In this document: in pieces, positions 1 to 13,400 of the stretch
How positions within the stretch are numbered: position 1 is the stretch's first letter
Layout of the letters: the number at the start of each line of letters is the position of its first letter
Origin: Hypanus sabinus
Taxonomy: Eukaryota
NCBI RefSeq assembly: GCF_030144855.1
Contig: NC_082736.1
Span: 11,470,001 to 11,534,000 of the forward strand
Length of the DNA: 64,000 nt
Reading direction: 5' to 3'
Made by a program: the position numbers and the translations under genes
The notes under the pieces: generated by a model
The model's input: only the letters and a program-made list of their open reading frames with translations
What the model was told of the DNA's origin: nothing
The model's database searches: none

Positions 1-1045
1 CATTCCTGTATGTCCAATCATCTCCATCTGAGATTCTGCCAACAATGGTTGTATGAGGCATATTTATAGATTGCATTTGAGCTATACTTAGTCACATAGT
101 CATGGGTATAGAGGGAGGAGAGCAGTTGGCTAACGGCACATTCTTGAGGTGCATCAGGGCCAGTGTTGTTCCTCAGCGAAGAGGAGATATTTGAATTTGA
201 ATTGACTTTATTTTTTGCATCTTTCACGTACATGAGGAGTAAAAATCTACGTTATGTCTCCATCTAAATGTGCAATGTGCAATCATAGTAATTTGTACTA
301 ATTGACAATAAATAGTACAGTCAATGTACATAGAGGTTCCCTCAAATCAGCGTGAGTTAATCAGTCTGATAGCCTGGTGGAAGGAGCTGTCCAGCAGCCT
401 GTTGGTCGTCTTTTATGCAGCATTACTGTTTCCTGGCTGATTGCTGCTGGAGTAGATTGTGTTTGAAGTGACTTGGGTCCACAATGATCCTTCGGGCCCT
501 TTTCTCACACTGGTCTTTGTAAATGTCCTGAGTCATGGGAAGTTCACAACTACAGATGCGCTGGGCTGTCCACGACACACTCTGCAGACTCCTGCGATTA
601 AGGGAGGTACGGTTCCCATACTAGCCAGTGATGCAGCCAGTGGGGATGCTCCCAATTGTGCCCCTGTAGAAAGTTCTTAGGATTTGGGGGCCCATAGCAA
701 ACTTCCTCAGTCATCTGAAGTGAAAGAGGCGCTGTTGTACCTTTTCCACCAATCAGCAGATACGTACAGACCACGTGAGATCTTCGGGTATGTTGCTGCA
801 GAGAAACTTAAAGCTGTTTACCCTCTCAACTCCAGATCCATTGATGCCAATAGGGGTTAGCCCATCTCCATTAATCCACACAATCTGTGTGGATTATCAC
901 CAATCCACACAGATTGTGGTTTCCTGGTTAGGAGGTCGAGGATCCAATTGCAGAGGGACTAGGTTCTGCAGCTTATTGATCAGGACTGTGGGAATGATGG
1001 TGATAAACGCTGAGCCCTGGTCAGTGAACAACATCCTGACATAGG
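1..1045 (-). mobile_element. Two adjacent Rex1/Babar-like LINE fragments (RT region and 3' end)
   Basis: ORF 18..233(-) has a degenerate RT motif 'PDAPQECAVSQLLSSLYTHDY..SSNAIYKYA' (cf. [20 protein letters not shown]). A second copy runs from ~1045 to a (TTCAAA)n-like tail at ~190. Confidence 0.6.
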
Positions 1046-1410
1046 CAGCACAAATTCACTACCCTTTACTCAGGAAATTGCTCCTTATCTTTGTTATAAT
1101 GGTATGTCCTAGTATTTTGAGGCTGTGCCCTGTGGTCCCAGACTGCCCCACTATCGGAAATACCCTCCTCACTCCATTCCAGACCTTTCAATATTTGATC
1201 GGTTTCAATGAGATTCCCTGATTCTTCTAAAGTCCAAGAGTACAGGCCCAAAGCCATCAAACAATCCTTGTTCATTAACCCTTTTATTGCGAGGATCATT
1301 TTTGTGAAACTCCTCTAGACCCTGTCCTATGTGAGCATGTAGTTTTTTAGATAAGTGCCCAAAACTGTTCACAATACTCCAAGTGTGATCGGACCAATGC
1401 CTTATAAAGT
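1046..1410 (-). mobile_element. CR1 LINE 3' fragment
   Basis: ORF 1066..1299(-) 'CLMALGLYSWTLEESGNLIETDQILKGL' matches the CR1 ORF2 C-terminus. Confidence 0.65.
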
Positions 1411-1909
1411 CTGAGCTGATCCATCCTTAAATATCTTTTCCAATAATATCCCTCCCACTAACGTAAGAGTCACCAGGGTACAGTTTCCTTTTTTGTCCCT
1501 ATTGCAGTTCTTATAATGAGGAAGAATATTTATCATTTTCCACTCTTCTGCAACCTGCCCTGTAACTACAGGAGCATCAGTTTTAAGTTTTGTTAAATTT
1601 TTGTCCTTATTTTATCCCTCAAGCATCAGGTTTTTGAATCAAAGTTCAAAGTAAACTTATTATCAAAGTACGTATACATTCTACAACTGTGAGGTTTGTT
1701 TCAAACAGGTTGCCACAAAACAAAGAAAACCAAAAGAACCCACGAATAAAATAAGACCATCAAACACCCAATGTGCAGAAAGACAGACAAATCCTGCAAA
1801 CAATAAGCACATGCAAATTCTGTAGCGTTTTGAACTGAAATGCACAAAGACAGTCTGTGCACGGATGCTTAGTTCAGTGCAGAGTGGAGAAACGAGCCAT
1901 GAACAATCA

Positions 1910-4810
1910 CGAGTCTATCAAGCTCTACCTTAAATACACCCAAGGACGTGGCCTCCACAGCTGCCTGTGGTTATAAATTGAACTAATTCAGCACACTCTG
2001 GCTAAAGAATTTCTCCGCATTTCTGTTTTAAATGGACACCCCTCTATCCTGAGGTTGTGCATTTTAGTCCTAGACTCCTCCAACATAGGAAATATCCTTT
2101 CCACATCTACTCAGTCCAGGCCTTTCAACATTTAAAATGATATTCCCCCCCATCCATCGAATTTCCAGTGAGTACAGACCCAAAGCTATCAAATGTTCCT
2201 CATATGATAACTGTTTCTTTCCCAGAATCATCCTTGTGAGCCTCTTCTGGAACCTTTCCAATACCAGCACATCTTTTCTTAGATGAGGAGCCCAAAACTC
2301 TTCACAATCCTCAAGGTGAGGCCTCACCAATGCCTTAAAAAAGTCTCAGCATCACATCCCTGCTCTTGTATTCTAACCGCTTGATGTGAATGCTAACATT
2401 GCTTTTGCCTTCCTCACCTCTGACTCTACCTGCAAGTTAGCTTTATGTTGGTCTGCACAAAGACTCCCAAGTCTCTTTGCGTCTCAGGTTTTTGGATTTC
2501 TCCCTATTTGGAAAATAGTCTGTACGTTTATTTCTACTACTAAAGTGCACAACCATGCATTTTCCAGCAATGTATTTCATTTGCCATTGTCTTGCCAATT
2601 CTCCTAACCTGTCAAAGTACTTCCAGAACCTACCTGTTTCCTGAACAGTACCTGCCTTCTTGTCATCTGCAAACTTGCAACAAAGCCATCTATTCTATTT
2701 TTTAATTCATTGATATATAGCATAAAAAGAAATGTTCCCAACACCGACCGCTGCGGAGCATCACTTCTCACTGGCAGACAACCAGAGAGGACCCTTTTAT
2801 TCCCTCTTGCTGCCTTCTACCAATCAGCCAATGCTGTAACCACGCCAATAACTTTCCTGTTATACCATGGGCTATTAACTTTGTAAGCAGCCTCATGTGT
2901 GGCACCTTGTTAAAGGCCTTTCGAAAGTCCAAATATATGACAGGAGCTGCATTCCTGTTATCCATCCTGCGTGCAATCTCAAAGAATTCCAACAGATTCA
3001 TCAGGCAATATTTCCCCTTAAGGAAACCATGCTGACTTTGTCTTTTGTTGTCCTGTGTTTCCAATACTTTATAACCTCGTCCTTAACAATTAACTCCAAC
3101 ATCTTCCCAACCAGTTAGGTCAGGCTGACTGGTCTATAATTTCCTTTCAGCTGCCTTCCTCCTTTCTTAAAGAGTGGAGTGACATTTGCAATTTTCCAAT
3201 CCCCTAGCACCATGCCAGTTTTGAAAGATCATTACTAATGGCACCATAATCTCTACCATTAACTCTGCAAGAACCCTAGGGTGCAGTTCATCTGTTCCGG
3301 GTGACTTGTATACCCTCAGGGCTTTCAGCTTTTTGAGCACCTTTCCGTTATAATAATAATAACTGCTGTCCCTTGTCTCCCCTCACACCCTTCAACATCT
3401 GGCACACGACTAGTATCTTCCACTGATGGAAAATACTCATTTAGTTCATTTGCCATCTCCTCCCCCCCCCCCCCCCCAGCCTCAACACATTATTATTTAT
3501 CTGGCCTAATCTACTAGCAGTCCAATATCCAGTCTCATCTCTCCGTTATGTTTTACATACTTGAAAAATCTTAAACTATCCACTTTGATAATATTTGCTA
3601 GCTTGCTTGCATATTTAATCTTTATCCTCTTTAGGTTGCTCTCTGTAAGCTGTCAGAAGCTTCCCAATCCTCTGTATTCTGATTTTTTTTTCATTGTTTT
3701 GTGCCCTCCCTTTTATTTTTACATTAGCTTTGACTTCCTTGTCAGCCACAGTTGTACTATTTTGCCATTTGAGTATTTGTTTCTGGAATACATTTATCCT
3801 GCACCTCCCTCATTTTTCTCAGGAACTCTCACCGTTGCTGCTCTGCTGCCATCTCTACCAGCATCTTCTTCCAATTTCCTTTAGCCAACTCCTCTATCAT
3901 ACCACTGTTACTACCTTTACTCCACTGAAACACTGCTATGTCAGACTGTACTCTCTCCCTATCCAATTTCAAGTTGTACTCGACGATACTGTGATCACTG
4001 CCTCCTAAGGGTTCTTTTACTTTAGGTTCCCTAATTGCCTCCTGTTCATTAAATAATACATTATCCAGAATAGCTGATTCCCTCGTAGGCTCAATGACAA
4101 ACTGCTCTGAAGAGCCATCTCTTGGGCATTCAACAAACTCACTCTCGAGATCTATTTCCAATCTGATTTTCCCAGTTGACCTGGATGTTGAAATCTCCCA
4201 TGAAATTTCCAATAACATTGCCCGTTTGACATGCCTTTTCTATTTCCTGTTGTAATCTGTGGTCCACATCCAAACAAATGTTGACGGCCTGTTTATAACT
4301 GCATCAACGTCTTTTCACACTTGCAGTTTTTTTTAACTCTCCGCAAAATGATTCAACATCTTCCGATCCTGTGGCACATCTTTCTACTGATTTGATACCA
4401 TTCTTTACCAGCAGAGCCATGCCATCCCCTATGCCTACCTTCCTGCCCCTCTGATTTGTCTAACTTGGGCATTTAGCTCCAAACTATAAATATTTTTCAG
4501 CCATGATTCCGTGATGATCACATTATACATGACAATCCATAACAGGGCAATAAGATTATCCACCTTATTTCTTATAATTTGTGCATTGAAGTATAACACT
4601 TCAAGTATTGGATTTGCTACCCTTATTGATTCTGCATTCCTCTGCTGGATGCAGTTATGTCCTATTATCTGCTCACTCTTCCTGACAGCGTGACTGCATG
4701 CTATCTTTTCTTTCTTTACCATCTGTCCTATCCTGAGTCCTTTCAGGCCAGTTCTAATGCCCCTGTCAAATTAGTTTATACCCTCCCCAACAGCTCTAAC
4801 AAACCAGCAG
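1910..4810 (-). mobile_element. Long decayed CR1 LINE ORF2 (AP endonuclease + RT + C-terminus)
   Basis: Collinear minus-strand fragments: APE N-terminus 'VLYFNAQIIRNKVD..IITESWL' (4435-4722), APE C-terminus 'EPLGGSDHSIVEY' (3829-4218), RT 'QHGFLKGKYCLMNLLEFFE..IYLDFRKAFNKVPH' (2768-3064), and C-terminus 'VRPHLEDCEEFWAPHLRKD' (2070-2330). Confidence 0.85.
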
Positions 4811-5049
4811 TATGACCACAAGAAAATAAATCCCGGGGTTGCGTATTTAATGCAGAAATGTATTTTGATAATACATTTACTTTCAGCTTTGAACTTTGTA
4901 GCAGAGAGCCGGGTGTTTTACTGGTCTGTGTCCTCACTGGCCGGTGCTGTGCTCTGGCAGTTCAGTGTGCTTGGAATATGGTGTCAGTGTCTTTACAGAA
5001 GTATTTCCTTATTATACAATTGATCTTATTCAACCAGGAGCTTAGAAGA

Positions 5050-8000
5050 TTCACTGGAGACTAGAATACTTTTTTCAGACCATGACTGGTCACAGGATCA
5101 TTCTGGGATGATCTAGTCTATTTGACCCATTAATCCTGACTAATTTCTCTTTGAACACTGGTTGTTCCTGCCACACACTGTTTTAAGAAACCTTGCTGAA
5201 AACACTTAACAAATAATGCCCCAACCAAGACTCAAGTGGGAAGGGAGACCCAGTCAGTTTCCGGAGATTATTCACTACAGGTACTCGGTTGTTTTTACAT
5301 CAGTCCATTACCTGCTGACATATCTATTCCTCTCTCTCTTACTGGCTGTTGGGAGCCCTACAGTTTCATCCCATCACCTTTCTCAAGGTGATTTCACCTT
5401 TCTCATTCCTGAGTTCCACCCACATTGTCTCACTGGATGAGCCTCTGGGATGACCTTGAATTTGTGACATTCTGCCTGATCAGCAGTACAGCTCCCCAGC
5501 CCCATTCACCTCCCTCTGGACTGTCCGAATATGAATCCTGGAATGTTTAGCTACCAATCCTACCCTTCTTAGTAATGGCTGAATCACTGTGCCATGTACT
5601 AATCCAGGCTCTAAGTACATCTGCATTAACTGTTCCACACTCGGTACTGATACAAGCACACCTCAGGCCCTCAATGCCTCTGTGTTCATTAACTTGCCCT
5701 AACTATGCAGTGGTGTACTGGGCCAATGGCATCAGCACGGGTGATGTCATCTGAGAATAAATTGATTAGAAAGGTTGACTCTGTTATTGGAGTCAAACTG
5801 GACACACTGGAGACCGTGGTAGAACAATCCAATGGATATCCTAGCAATTCTGGACAATATTTCTCACCCTCTGCATGCCTCCTTGGCTGAACAGGGGAGC
5901 ATCTTCAGTAACAGACTAACACCATTGTGCTGCTCCAAGGAGCGCTGTATGAAGTCATTCTGACCCCCGGGTCTGTAATGAGTCAACCCGTAGCCAGGGA
6001 AGTGATGACACCCCTCATGTTAGACTGTTTGTGGTAACTTTTTATTCTTTCTCTTACTTCTAATATTTGTTTACCTGTGCACTTGTAGTGCTACGGAGAC
6101 ACCATAATTTGTCTATTTGGACTTGCTTTCTGTGTTAATCCACATCTGTCAACGCCACTACTGACCTTTCACACTTCCCATCTCCTCTCCTGGAAAATAA
6201 ACTCAATGATCCATTTAACTAAAACCCTCCATCCTGCACCAGCACATTAGCCACACATATAACTGTACCACCTTTTTATTTCTTCCCTCGGTAGCAGGTG
6301 ACACTGGGATTACCCCCGTCACCCCCTCCCCCCCCCCCCCAAGAGACTCTACTTAACTTTTTCCTGAACTCCCTAAGTCTCTTTGCAGGACTTTGTCTCT
6401 TTTGTTAGAACCAATATGGACACGTCCTCTGGCTGCTCACCCTGCCCTTTCAGAATGGCCTGTACTTGTTCAGTTACATCTTTTGGCCCTGGTACCAGGG
6501 AGGTTATGCACCATCCTGCAGTCTCTCTCCTTGCCACAGATACACCTGTCTGTGACCCCGGCTAAAGAATCCCCCGTCACTGAGGCTCACCGAGAACACA
6601 GAACAGTACAGCACAGGAACAGACCCTTCTTCTGTCTGTGCTGAACACGATGTGGAATGAAACTAAATCTCTTCAGCCTGCGTATAATTCATGTGCTTCA
6701 ATCCTCTGAATATTCATGGCTTATCTAAAACCCTGTTAAGTGTCATTATTGTATCTGCTTCCACCACTCCCCATGGCAGCCAAAACCCAGCCCTCACCAC
6801 TCTTTGTATGGAAACAGAAATCTTACCTGCCCTGATATTCACCTTTAAATTCTCACCCTGGTGTTTTAAAGCAGTGCCTTCTCATATTTGATACTTCTAC
6901 ACTGGGTAAGTGATTCTGACTGTCTACCTTGTCTACACCTCTCATAGTTTTATAAACTTCTGTCAGGTCTCCCCTCCGCCTCCTTCACTCCAGGGAAAAC
7001 AGTCCCAGTTGTCTGATCTTTCCTTGTAACTCAATCCCCCAGTCCAGGTAACATTCCTGTGAAACATTTCTGCACCTTTCCAGCTTAATCACATCCTTCA
7101 TCTCGTGGTGAACAGAACTGCACAGTGTACTCCTGGTGTGGTTTAATTATTGATTTGTACAACTGTAATGTGATGTCCCAACTGCTCTGAAAGCCTTTGC
7201 CATGAAGGTAAGCAAGTCGTGCACCTTCTTCACCACCTTGTCTACCTGTGTTGGCACTTTTGGGGAACTATTTACCTGTGCCTTAGATTTATCATTTCAT
7301 TAACACTCCTCAGGACCCTGCCATTCACTGTGTATGTCCTAACCTGCTTTAACTTCCCAAAATCCATCATTGTTCATTTGTTTGACACTAACAACACTTC
7401 ACTGTATCTCTGCACTGGTGCCCCAGCAATAAAAGTCCATGAGCTATTCACCTCTGAAACGTAGTCATATGTGGTATTATGAACCCCTCACTGCACCCAT
7501 CTCTATTTTGTTGTGCAGGCAACACCTCGACCCCACTCTGTTTCTCTCATTTATAATTTATCTCCACATAAATAGTAGTGAATTTTGATTCCTCCTACCA
7601 CATGCCATCACACTTAACACATTAAACTCCATTTACCATGTACTCTAATCACCAGCTTCCCCACATCCTGTTGGAGAGAGAAAATGTCCAATCAGAAAGG
7701 TTTTGAAGGATATGGGTCAAATGCAGGGAAATGGGACAAGGAGGATGATAACCTTGTTCATAATGTAGTGGCGAGGGGTTACTTACCACAAGCTCAGATG
7801 GGAACTTTGATCAGTGTGGACCATTTGAGCTGAAGTGCTGGTTTCTGTGCTGTGTGAATCTGACTGTAAACACTCTTGGTTTAGTTCAAAGACATTAAAC
7901 TTTTCTAAATGACTTGTTATTTCTTCACAGATTATAGACTCCAATAGCTGAAGTGAAGTTAACTGGACTACAGTCACCTTTCTTCCACCCTTCTTCAACA

Positions 8001-8800
8001 ATGGTTTTTAACTCCATTGCGACCTTTCCGTAACACAGTGAGTTTTGACAGACTTCAATGTCTCTACTTTCTCTCCAGACTTCCTGTGAAACCCTCCAGT
8101 GCAGGTTGTTGGGACCTGGTAATGTTTGCTTTTAGTCCCATTATTTTCTCCCTCCTGGTGGTGATTGGTACACATTATTGCACAATGTTGAAATGTCAAC
8201 GTTAGATATCTGTGGGATGTTTGCTGTGTCCCCATTGGGAACACTAATGTAAGTTATTGAGTTAACTTATCTGCCTTTTCCTTATTAGTTTTAGCTTTTG
8301 TCTCATCACTGGTTCCTGGAAAAATCCAGATCCTCTTTTCTACCGCCAACCCTTGCCTCTTTATATGCTCTTTAATTTAATGTATCACTTGAACTCCATT
8401 GACCACAGAAGGTTCTTTGCTGTCTGTGATCCCTGTATCTAATTGGTATCAATGTCTGCTGAGTGTTATGAACTGTCTCCTTGAACATCGACACTGCTCA
8501 TCACTGACCTGTCCCTACACCTATTTACCCTATCTGCCCCAGACAACTCCACTTTCACATCACTGTAATTGCCTTTATTTAGGTTAAGACATTGGTTCTG
8601 GACTCTGGTGTTCACCCTCAATCTGGCTCTGGAGTTCACCCACATTGTGATCACTTCTTCACAGATCCTTCACCACAAGATCTCTCTGTATTCCCACCTC
8701 ATTACACAGATTACATCTGAAATGGCCTGTTCCTGGGTAAAATCCTGCTGTAAGAAACTGTCTCTGGGAACTCCACAAATTCCTCTTCCACTCTACCAGT
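5050..8800. mobile_element. Mosaic of old CR1 fragments (mostly -) with a Rex1-like 3' piece (~5705-6110, +)
   Basis: Short CR1-like ORF pieces such as 'KKGGRKVTVVQLTSLQLLESII', and a Rex1-like piece 'KLIRKVDSVIGVKLDTLETVVEQ'. Confidence 0.5.
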
Positions 8801-8829
8801 TTGATCAATACACAGACTGAAGCAAACTG

Positions 8830-9330
8830 ACAACAAAATGCTGGAGGAACTCAGCAAACGGACAACATTTTGGGCTGAGAACCTTCACTGGGATTAGAAA
8901 GAAAGGGACAAAGTTCAGAATAAGGTGGTGGGGGAAGGGGGGGGGGAGGACATGTGAGTGTGGGGGTGTGGTTTGTGGAGGGATAATGATGTGAGGAACT
9001 GGGTAACAGTTAGAAAAGGAATCCATTAGGACAGAACGTTAGACCATGGGATGACACAAAGGAGGTGGAGAACCAGAGAAAGTTGATGGGCACGTCATGA
9101 AGATGTGTGAGGAGAAGTCAAGGGGTTAAGTGGCACCAGAATGGGGGAAAAGTCAGAAAAAAAGGAGCAGTTTGGAAGGTGGGGGAATAGAGGGTAGTGA
9201 TTTCCAGAATTTGGAGAAATCAATGTTCATGCTGTCAAGATTGGAGGCTACACAGTCAGAATATGAGATGTTGCTCATCTAACCTGTAGTTGGCCTCATT
9301 GTAGTAGTAGTGGAGGCCATGGACAGACTT
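8830..9330 (-). mobile_element. Penelope-like element 3' fragment
   Basis: Minus strand reads 'SVHGLHYYYNEANYRLDEQHLIF', as in the GIY-YIG C-terminus at 27867-28193. A pyrimidine-rich tract and the family terminus 'aaatgctggaggaactcagca' follow. Confidence 0.65.
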
Positions 9331-10137
9331 TGTAGTGATGGCCCTCTGCTGGGTCAGGGTCGACCATGGAATTGTACCCTCGCTGTGAAACTCAATTTGC
9401 AAGCCAGGGTAGTAGAATACGTAAAGCAAGCTGTTGCCCATGCAGGGGCTCCTGCTCTCCACGCAGCTGATGAATCCAGAGCAACAGCAGAGACCGATGG
9501 GGTCAGGCACCAATGGTGTCACAGTACTGCCAGTCTGCATTGAACATCGGACCGACAGGGAATCCAGCTCTAGATTGTTCCTCGGGGTTTACTCCCGAAG
9601 CCTTTCCCATGAATGGGTCTAGCCACAAGCCAGTAGAGGTTTCAGATCAGAATTTTCCTTCCACTAGACGAGCTACCAACCGTGAGTGAAAGCCCCATCT
9701 GCCCATAGCAGTTAGTTATATGATGCCAGTAAACCCATTTAGACCCTCCCCATCAGTCGAAAGAGTTTGTCGGGCTTCGTAGCTAAGCCATATGTAACAG
9801 CCAGGAGCTGGACTTGGTTGACAGAGGCAATTTGAAGCAACAATTAATAGGAAGTGACAGCTTGTCCCTATTACTACCCCAACACTGGTTAAGACAGCTG
9901 TAAGGCACCGATATGTCAATCTGTGAATGGGAAATGGAACTAGAATGGGTTGCCACTGGCAGATTGTGGTTGTTGCAGCACACAGAGCAAAGGTACTCAA
10001 TGTAGTGGTGCCCGAATCTGCTTCCGATTAAATATCTCATGATAATCACATTTCCGTTCTCATCTCTCTTTGATATTTCTCCTTTTGTGCTTTATCCCAT
10101 TGGGAGGAACACCTGAGGATCTTGAGACCACTCCTAA

Positions 10138-11538
10138 CAGATCTCCATAAAGTGTTTTAAATTAATTACAGATATAAAACACAAAAAAATTGACTGTATA
10201 AATATTCACACCCAAATCATCATTGGTACAGTCAAGTAGTTTTAGGAATTACATTATCTGTTAAGTGCAGGTCTCTGTGTGAGTCAAGGTGTTTCAATTG
10301 ATTGTAGTAAAAATACACAACTGTTGGTAGTCTGTATCCTGGGAGAAACTGCACCATAAAAACAAATTAACACTCTGAGCAGTTCTGCAAAAAGGTAATT
10401 GAGAAACGCAATTCAGGAGATGGATACAAGAAAATTTTCAAGTCACTGGATATCCCTTGGAGTACAGTTCAGTCACTCATCCTGAAATGGAAAGAATATG
10501 GCAGAGCTGTAAATCTGCCAGAATCAGGCCATCCTCAAAAACTGAGTGACTATGCAAGAAAGGGACGAGTGAGGGAGGCCACCAAGAGTCCTCTGCTAAT
10601 TCTAGAGAAATCACAATCTTCAGTGGCTGAGATGGGAGAGACTGTGTATACAACAACTGTTGCCCAGATGCATCACCTGTCAGAGCTTTTTGGGAGAAAG
10701 AGAAAGCCATTGTTGAAAAAAGCTCACCTGGAGCTTGCCAGAAGACTCTGAAGTCAACTGGAAGAAGGTTCTATCGACAGATGAAACAAAATTGACCTTT
10801 TTGGCCGTCAGATTAAACACTAAGCTTGGCGCAAGACGAACACCACACAGCATCAAAAACACTCCATCCCAGCCTGGTGGAGGCTGCATCATGCTGTGGG
10901 GTGTTTTCACTGCAGCAGGCCCTGAAAGGCTCAGAAAAGTAGAGGGTAAATTGAATGCAGCCAAATACAGTGAAATCTTGGAGGAAAACCTAATTCAGTC
11001 TGCAAGTGAACTGTGACTTCTAGCAGAAGAATGACTGCAAGTAGAAAACCAAAACTACACAGGAATGACTTAAAACCAAAGTTAATGTCCTGGAGTGGCC
11101 AAGTCAGAGTCCAGACCTTAATCCAATTGGGAATTTGTGGCTGGACTTGAAAAGATCTGTTCACTCATGAACCACATGCAATCTGACAGAGCTTCAGCAG
11201 TTTAGTAAAGAAGAATGGGGAAAATGTTCAGTGTCCAGATGTGCAAAGTGGATAGAGACATATCCACACAGAGCCAACGGTAATTACTGACAAAGGTGCA
11301 TCAACTAATTACTGACTTGAAGGAGGTGAATACCAATGCAATTAAATTATTTTTTTGTTTTATATTTGCAATTAATTAGATCACTTTGTAAAGATCTGTT
11401 TTTCACTTTGACTCCAGAGAGTCCATTCTGCTGATCAGCGTGGGAAAATAAACCCAAATTAAATCCACAGTGAATCAAAGTTGCAGAACAATAAACATGA
11501 AAACCTCCAAAGGAGGCTGAATAATTTTGATGGCACTG
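10138..11538 (+). mobile_element. Tc1-family DNA transposon, inactive, left TIR truncated
   Basis: Transposase remnants 'WKKVLSTDETK', 'GGGCIMLWGVFTAAG', and [17 protein letters not shown] at ~11090-11140 (catalytic E replaced by G). The right end is 'tgaataattttgatggcactg' followed by TA at 11539-11540. Confidence 0.9.
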
Positions 11539-11769
11539 TATCCACCCCTTCACCAGCACGTTATGAACAAATCCATCCTGCTCCTTTCCATTTTGCCGAT
11601 TCCGTGTAGAACATTAAACATGTAGGAATGTCAAATTCCCAGTTCAAGTCTCTGTCACCATGTCCCTACAATGGCTGGTAGATCAAACATATTCGTCAGT
11701 ACACAATATGGAACAGATGGCAACCTGCCCTTCAGTCCACAATATCTGCACCAATCATAATAATGCTGA

Positions 11770-12325
11770 GACTTTATAAAGTACTGGTGATGTCTCACTG
11801 GAGAATTGTGAGCATTTGTGGGCCCTTTATCTTAGGAAGGATGAGTTGAAACTGGATGTGTTTCAAAGGAGACTCAAAATTGCCTCCAGGATGAAACAGC
11901 TGGGCGTATGAAGAGCGTTTGATTGTTCTGGGCCTGCACTCACTGGAATTTAGGTCAATGAGGGCTGACCTAATTAAAACCTATCGAATGGTGAAAGGCC
12001 TTGATAAAGTGGATGTGCAGAGGATGGGAGTGTCTAAGACCAGAGGATGCAGCCTCAGAATAGAGCATCATCCTTGTAGAATGTAGAGATGAGGAATTTC
12101 TTTAGCCAGAGAGTAGTGAATCTGTGGAATTTGTTGTCTCGGGCAGCTGTGGAGCCAAGACTTTATGTATATTTAAGGCAGAGGTTGGTAGATTCTTGAT
12201 TGGTCAGATCATGAAAGATTACAGGGAGAAGGCAGGAGATTGGGGCTTTGAGTGAAAATGGATTAGCCATGATGAAATGACAGAGCAGATTTGATGGGCC
12301 TAATTCTGATCCTATATCTTAGAGT
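11770..12325 (+). mobile_element. CR1 LINE 3' end
   Basis: CR1 C-terminal coding remnant and a typical 3' UTR ('gatgggcctaattctgatcctatatctta'). Confidence 0.7.
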
Positions 12326-12329
12326 CTAT

Positions 12330-13400
12330 ATCACCACCTCTGAAACCTCGATCAATTTTGTCAAGCGTGATCTGCCCAAACAAAACCATGCTGATTGTCC
12401 CTAAGCAGGCCATGCCTGTCCAAATGTGCATAAATCGTGTACCTAAATATCCTCCCCAGTAGGTTCTCTGCCACTGAAATGAGGCTGCCTTGCCCATAGA
12501 TTCCTGGATTTCTGTTATTTCCCTTCTTGTACAAAGCTGCAACATTTACAACACTCAAGTCCTGTGGGAACTCACATGTTGTGATCAAGGACACATTGGT
12601 CCTTGTTAAATTGCCAGCAATCTGCTCATTTGCTTCTTTCTCTATTGCAGGATATATGCCTTCAGGTCCTGTAGTCTTATCCATCTTATTGCTTTTCAGA
12701 CGTCCCAGCACAACCTCCTCCTTAATCCCAACACGTCTCTGCACATTAGCATGCTCCAGTCTGTTTTCATTGACATTCAGTTCCTTTTCCTCAGTAAATA
12801 TTGACACAACATACTCATTTAGTACCTCAGCCACTTGGTCTGACTTCAACCACATCAGTCTTCCTTTAATCTTGAGTTGACCTTTCCATTCTCTGGTTAA
12901 CTCGGATCTGCTGGTCTTTAAACAGCTCCCGCATGTCAGATGTGGACTTGTCTGATAGTGGCTGCTCCCAATCAATGCCCCGTGGTTTCTGTCTTACTCT
13001 GTACTAACCTGCCCTCCTGCAATTCAGTACCTTCATACAAGATCTGATCTTATTCTTCCTCATCACTAAGAAAAAAATACGAACCCAGAATATTCACTGA
13101 CTCTTAGCTGTCAGCTGGCCTGGCTCATTTCCCAAAACTAATTCCTCCTGTCTGTTCTCTCCTCTCGTTGGACTCTGTACATAATGTTTCAAACACACTT
13201 AAGATTTGCTGAAGAATTCTTGTGCATCTAAGTATTAAGCAAGTTCCAATCAATTCTAGGGAAGATTAAGTCCCCGCACTGGTCATTGGGGGCCAGTATG
13301 ATAATTCCATCAGTTGATCTGCAGATTGCCTCTGTAAATGAGCCTTCCAGTTTGTTGTGACATTCCCAGTGGGGTAACCCCTGCTCTTGTTAAACCCCAC
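12330..13400 (-). mobile_element. CR1 LINE ORF2 internal fragment
   Basis: ORF 12361..12975(-): 'AEVLNEYVVSIFTEE..KTTGPEGIYP..NPGIYGQGSLISV..LLRDNQHGF'. Confidence 0.8.

Larger units (their letters stand above)
9190..13335. repeat. Segmental duplication copy A (inverted paralogue of ~44290-48635)
   Basis: Contains the same nested series of unrelated repeats, in reverse order, as 44290-48635. Paired ORFs: 9256..9540(-)/48276..48596(+), 9783..10049(-)/47702..48031(+), 12361..12975(-)/45112..45495(+). Confidence 0.9.
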
